Shown here in pieces: positions 58,618 through 64,000 of a DNA stretch of 64,000 nt. Made by a program: the position numbers and the translations under genes. A model generated the notes under the pieces. The model did no database searches, was not told the origin of the DNA, and saw only the letters and a program-made list of their open reading frames with translations. Origin of the DNA: Sminthopsis crassicaudata (Eukaryota); NCBI RefSeq assembly GCF_048593235.1, contig NC_133619.1:612600558-612664557 (forward strand), in the 5' to 3' direction. Position 1 is the stretch's first letter. Each line of letters begins with the position of its first letter.

Positions 58618-61600
58618 CTTTTAATTTTTTTTTTATTATATATATATATATATATATATTTTATAATATTATCCCTTGTATTCATTTTTCCAATTTACCC
58701 CCCCTCCCTCTATTCCCTCCCCCCGACGACAGGCAATACCATACATTTTACATGTGTTACAATATAGTCTAGGTACAATACATGTTTGCGAATATCCAAG
58801 TGAACTTTCTTAGTCTCAGTTTCCTTAACTATAAAATGGAAATAATTCTCACCAACTCCTAGAACAACTTTGAAGATCATTTGAAATCATGAAAGTAAAT
58901 GAAATAAAGCCATTCTGAGGTACTACCTGACACATTGAATTGACTAAGGTGACAGGAAAAGATAATGATGAATGTGGGAAAACTGGAACACACATTCATT
59001 GTTGGTGGAGTTGATCTAACCACTTTGGAAGACAATTTGGAACTATGCCCAAAGGGCTATCAAACTGCATAGCCTTTGATCTTGCAGTGTCTCTTTTGGA
59101 TCTTTATCCCAAAGAGAGCATAAAAAAAGGGGAAAGGACCCACATATGCAAAGATATTAGTAGCAGCTCTTTATGTGGTGGCAAGGAATTGGAAATTGAG
59201 TAGATGCCCATTAATTGAGGAATGACTGAATAAGTTATGGCATATAAATGTAACAGAATATTATTGTTCTATAAGAAACAATCAGCAGGTTGATTACAGA
59301 AAAGCCTGGAAAGACTTACGTGAACTGATGCTGAATGAAGTGAGCAGAACCAGGGGAACATTGTACATAGTTAGCATCATAGTATGTGATGATTAACTAT
59401 GAAAGACTTAACTCTTCTCAACAATACATTGGTTCAAGACAATTCTAATAGACTTGGGATGGAAAATGCTATCTGTATCTGGAGAGGGAATTATGGAGAC
59501 TGAAATCAGATTGAATCGTAGTGTTTTCACCTTTCAAAAAATTTATTTGCTTTTTCTTTCTTGTGATTTTCCCCTTTGTTCTGATTTTTCTTTCATAACA
59601 TGATTAATATGTTCAAAATGATTGCACATGTATAACTTACATCAAATTGCTTACTGTCTTGAGGAGGGAGAATGTAGGGAAGGGAGGGAGAGAAAATTTG
59701 GAACTGAGAAGTTTACAAAACTGAATGTTGAAAGCTATTTTTACATGTATTTGGAAAAATAAAATACTATTAAAAAAGAAAAGAAAATAGATAAAATACA
59801 ATGCTTTGCAAACCTTAAAATTGTCAATTTCTATTATTACAAGTCATTTTATTCTTTTCTCTTGGGGTTCAGTTAGAATAGTTCTAAGAACAAGGTGCTA
59901 ACCTACTATTATTTTATTTTAATGGTTTTAGACTGTCATTCAGGAGGATTAAATCTCCCTTTTTTTGGTAATTGAAAAAGAGAATTAGGGTATCCACTTA
60001 TCTTTTGTAGATTCATTGAAAGTATCTTTGATAGCTGATATGATGATATGAAAGTACCTTTGATAGCTGATATGATGACAGGATAACTTGTATCTCATTC
60101 TCTTTCCACACTGTTAAAAGTGATATTTTGAAATTTTTTCATTCCTTCTAATTTGTTCAAGGTAATAGGTATTTAAAAATATTAGATTTTTATTGATCAC
60201 TGTTATGTCTGGATACTTGTGGGCAACACTTCTTTCTGTAATGCTACTTTACTTTTCATATACTTTATTTGTCTAATTCTCAATGATGTTTTGGGGCTAA
60301 CATTTGTATAATATGAAGAATTTGTCATTTATTAGTTTATAAACATTAGCAAACTCCTGGTAGATGTGTCTGGCTCCCTGATTCTGTCTTTCTAGGTATC
60401 TAGTAGCAGCTACCTTTTTGCAGCCTATAGTGATATGCTGCAATTTCCATCACTTCATTGCATAATCTACAATAATAGAAAAATCTTCTTAACCTCAACT
60501 TTCCTAATTGTGTTTGGTGACATTACTTTTTGTCATCTTAGTAGCAATTCTGGAGTTTGTATTGTGAAATTTTTAGTGCCTTTATTTTTTTCCCCTGTTC
60601 AGATTTAAGTACTTTCTCAATGTCTACTTTTAACTCATCTGGAATTTTGATTATGCATTCAGTGCAGCTTCTGAGATGGAAATGCAAGAAAGTGTGTGTT
60701 CTTAGCCGCTTAATTTTGGCCTAACTGTCAACAATACTCCATCAGCCAACATAATGCTATCCATATGTGGATATTGGTGCAAATGGAGAAATATTGAATG
60801 CTGTGGATAAATTCATTTCTCTTAGCAGTAGATTTCCTTTTTTTTTTTTTTTTTTAATTAAAGGTTTTTATTTTCAAAATATATGCATGGATAATTTTTC
60901 AACATTGATTCTTGCAAAACCTTGTGTTCCAAATTTTTGCCTCCTTTCCCTAACTCCCTTCCCCTAGATGGCAAGTAATCCAATATATGTTAAATCCAAT
61001 ATATATATATACATATTTATACAATTATCTTGCATACAAGAAAAATCAGATCCAAAAGGAAAAAAAAATGAGAAAGCAAACAAAATGCAAGCAAAACACA
61101 AAAACAGTGAAAATGCTATATTGTGATCCACACTCAGTTCCCACAGTCCTCTCTCTGAATGCAGATGGCTTTTTTCATCACAAGACCTTTGGTATTGTCC
61201 TTAAAAATTTCATTGTTGAAGAGAGCCAGGCCCACCAGAATTGATAATCTTGTAATTTTGTTGTTACTGTGTACAATGATCTCCTGGTTCTGCTCACTTC
61301 ACTCAGCATCAGTTCATATAAGCTTCTCCAGACTTCTCTGAAATCATTCTGCTGGTTGTTCATCTCTTACCGAACAATAATATTTCATAACATTCATATA
61401 CCATAACTTATTCAGCCATTCTCCAACTGATGGGCATCCACTCAGTTTCCAGTTTCTGTGGCAGTATACTTTGCAGAGATGTACACATAGATGATGAATT
61501 TGACATATGCATTGCCAGAGCTAGCTCAGTGTTTGGTGGGGGCTCTGAAAGAAAGTGTGAGAGAGTAGTAGTTAGTAGTTAGTTAGATTGCTTACCAAAT

Positions 61601-64000
61601 TGAAGGTCTCTAGAGCCATTGTGATGGCTGTGAAATTAAATTGAATTAAAGACAACCATCAGTGTGGATTTAGAGATGAAGCTATTTCTTATACTTTTGT
61701 TATGATATAGTATTGGCAAATAATAAGAACATTCATGTCTTGAAACTATTTCATGCACACTTGTAGTTTGTCTACTTTGGTGGGCAATACCATGTGCACT
61801 GAAATGTTTCTGGCTGCTGGTGTATCGGATTAATTTTTTGGAAGGCAGGCCACTCATTTTGTTATATCAAACCTGTAATCTTCAATTTGTCTAGATCGTA
61901 ATTGTTCTCTGGGAGGAGGTTTTTTGGGGAGCTTCTGGAGGCAGCCAGGAGTTAAAGTCTTTACTGTCTCTTTCCAAATCTTATCTCCAGATCCTTTGTT
62001 TTCTCCTTCAAGTCTTGTCTCCTTCACTTGGGGCTCGGCTAGCTTTCTTAGAGGCCTCTCTCTCTCTCTCTCTGGTTCCTGAGAGCTTTTGTCTGTGTCT
62101 CCAGCCAGCACAACAGTGGAATTTTGAATGACTCTCTTGACTCTGAATCTCCTAGAGTGTGGGAATCAGACTCCGCCTCCGAGAGTGGGCTGGTGGGTAC
62201 TCCCTGGGCTTGTGAGAGCTTCTTAAAAAGTATGCTCTCTTAAAGGTGTGAAAGGTGTGAACTCTGAACTAGAGAATTGTTAAGTACCATGCTAAATTAG
62301 ACAACCAATTTAGCACCTTGTAAGAATCCTAATACAAACTGTTATCATGAGGGTTTCAAATAGATCCATATTGTGTGGCCTTTCTATTGCTTACATCCAT
62401 AGTCAGTTACATTTAACCAAGCAAGGTGCTGACCCAATTAGTATTGTCATCAAAGTCCAATTGGCCAACATTTCAGGATTCTTGCCTGGCCTTTACAGTT
62501 TGTGGTCTCAGGGCACTTGGCAGCCCTCGCCCTGACATTCCTTTATTTCATTCTTGTCCTCAAAGGAAATAGCCAGTAGGTCCCTGGTGGGACTCTGTTT
62601 AATGAGATACTTGGCTTATATACTTATATATGCTCATAAGATACTTGAGTTTTGTATAGAAGCGGTCATCTGGTTGGAGATGGTAATTGGGTACTAATGT
62701 GGGCATCCTCTAGGAAATAGGATGAGTATTTGAGTTTTGTTTTGTCAAGCCAGCTGATCTTTTGTGTGCTGAAAGGGAAGACAGTAAAAGCTACAGTCCA
62801 TTATTGATGACTTCATAAAGGGGATTCCTTTGTTTTGCTTGATTGTTCTTTCTTGTTACAAAGGAGGACTTCTACTTATAGGAGAGAGTAAGGTTGTGAT
62901 AGAGAGAGAAACATCCTTTTTTTTTCCCTCCTCAAAGAAACATCACTAAAACAGTAAACTCCACAGAAGAAAACAATAAATATTGCCCCCATGTTAAATT
63001 TAATGTGCGCTTGTAAAAACCTCTCTCTCAACATCACAGTTTACTATCTTTTTTTTTTTTTTGTTTTATTTTTGTTATATTGAAATGTTTATATTGATAA
63101 TTGTTCATCTTATAACCAAAAAAATTTTTTTTTTTAATTATATAATCAAAGCTGTCTTGAGGGTCTTTGGGGGATTTTTTTCTCTTTGAATTCAGTGACA
63201 ATAAGTGGAGAGTTATTAGATTGGAGGCTTGTTGAGGACAACACTTTTATCTCTTCTTTAATATTAGCCAGCATACCCAATTCTATACATGGAATAGATG
63301 CATTTCATTAACTGAGATAGGATCAATTTTTACCTAATGCTGTTCTGTCAATTCTCATGTGGTACTTTGGGGATCTTATCTATAAGTTATTCCCTTAAAA
63401 TTTTTTTTGCTAAAGGCATAAAGTAATTATATAAGTTAATAATATTGCTTTATTATTTCTAAAGTACTTCCTTTACAAAAATCATGGTGTAAAAATCATG
63501 CCTGTTTTATATATATAGAAATAGATTCAGACATGAGGTTATGTACAATTCTTCATATAAGCTAATGAGTGATTAGACTCAATATTCCTCGTTTCAGTAT
63601 TCATTCTATTACACTATGCTTCCTTCATCTCTCATAGATCTAAACGGGATCTTAGAACCTCTTTCTCTCCTCCCAAAAATGATAAAATGGCCTGGAGAGA
63701 GACTTTTAATTTCTTTTCTTCTTGAACATATACTGTTTCTTTCTAACTTATTTAGAAACAAATCTCTTCAGGAGCCAGTGATCATATCCCTAAATTCAAT
63801 AATGAAGAATATACCACTTTGCATTTGTATTGTTCTGTTAACTTTTAAAATAATTTATGTAATATTAACTGAGCTCTTGCTTTCCTCTATCTCCATATTC
63901 AGGAGGCAACAGTATATAGGGAAACTCAAGTTTGCCTCCTTAGAATGTGCCCCTGGATCGAAGAAAATGGTTGTGGCTACTGAGGAGAATGTGATTGCAG
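51746..64000 (+). CDS. EMC1: ER membrane protein complex subunit 1, 5' partial (exon 1 51746-51840; exon 2 from 63903, running off the window)
   Basis: Signal peptide [21 protein letters not shown] then [11 protein letters not shown]|[14 protein letters not shown]...[10 protein letters not shown]; 12,062-nt GT-AG intron 1. Confidence 0.96.
52440..55610 (-). repeat. 33-bp minisatellite, ~95 units, reverse orientation relative to the AKR7A arrays
   Basis: + strand unit CTCTGACCTCC(C/T)GGGTTCTAAGGGCCCTCCCAG is the reverse complement of the AKR7A unit. Confidence 0.98.
58584..58796 (-). mobile_element. Very short young L1 3' end with long poly(A), inserted in a MIR-like element
   Basis: 15-bp TSD caagtgaactttctt at 58569-58583 and 58797-58811. 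Confidence 0.9.
58910..59790 (+). mobile_element. Older L1 3' fragment
   Basis: ORF2 C-terminal and 3'UTR similarity; A-tail. Confidence 0.8.
60640..61640 (+). mobile_element. RTE-clade LINE RT fragment interrupted by an antisense L1 3' fragment (~60838-61460)
   Basis: Decayed translation ...[15 protein letters not shown] | [20 protein letters not shown]...; gcagta duplicated at 60825 and 61461. Confidence 0.7.
61860..62340 (-). mobile_element. Solo-LTR-like element, same family as 11280-11760
   Basis: Shared ordered motifs; starts TG. Confidence 0.5.
63903..64000 (+). CDS. EMC1: EMC1 exon 2 (partial)
   Basis: Pyrimidine tract + cag| acceptor at 63901-63902; phase matches exon 1. Confidence 0.95.

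Noticed and set aside
60017-60080. Two-copy 32-bp tandem duplication (also a 25-bp-period one at 8799-8841)
   Set aside because: Ordinary local slippage duplications, unrelated in sequence to the 33-bp minisatellite.

Overview
Eukaryotic genomic DNA, most likely from a marsupial (inferred from Mar1/WSINE-like CORE-SINEs, marsupial-type L1 3' ends and an RTE LINE). The window is syntenic with the human 1p36.13 EMC1-MRTO4-AKR7A cluster. It contains two complete, intact 7-exon aldo-keto reductase AKR7A paralogs on the + strand (CDS spans 5123-16299, 332 aa; and 33237-42679, 376 aa with an N-terminal Arg/Ala leader), separated by a ~16 kb spacer of nested L1/LTR/SINE insertions. It also contains the complete 8-exon MRTO4 gene on the - strand (241 aa) and exons 1-2 of EMC1 on the + strand, head-to-head with MRTO4 across 277 bp. 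The most unusual structure is a 33-bp GC-rich minisatellite present three times. It sits in intron 2 of both AKR7A genes, where each unit reproduces the exon-2 splice donor, often in frame. It also forms a ~3.1 kb inverted array with higher-order structure in EMC1 intron 1. Other notable items are patchy gene conversion and parallel substrate-site divergence between the AKR7A paralogs, a probable L1 3' transduction with TSDs, and very young L1 insertions. All exon boundaries and counts were made by hand; repeat family names are from pattern recognition and were not checked against a database.
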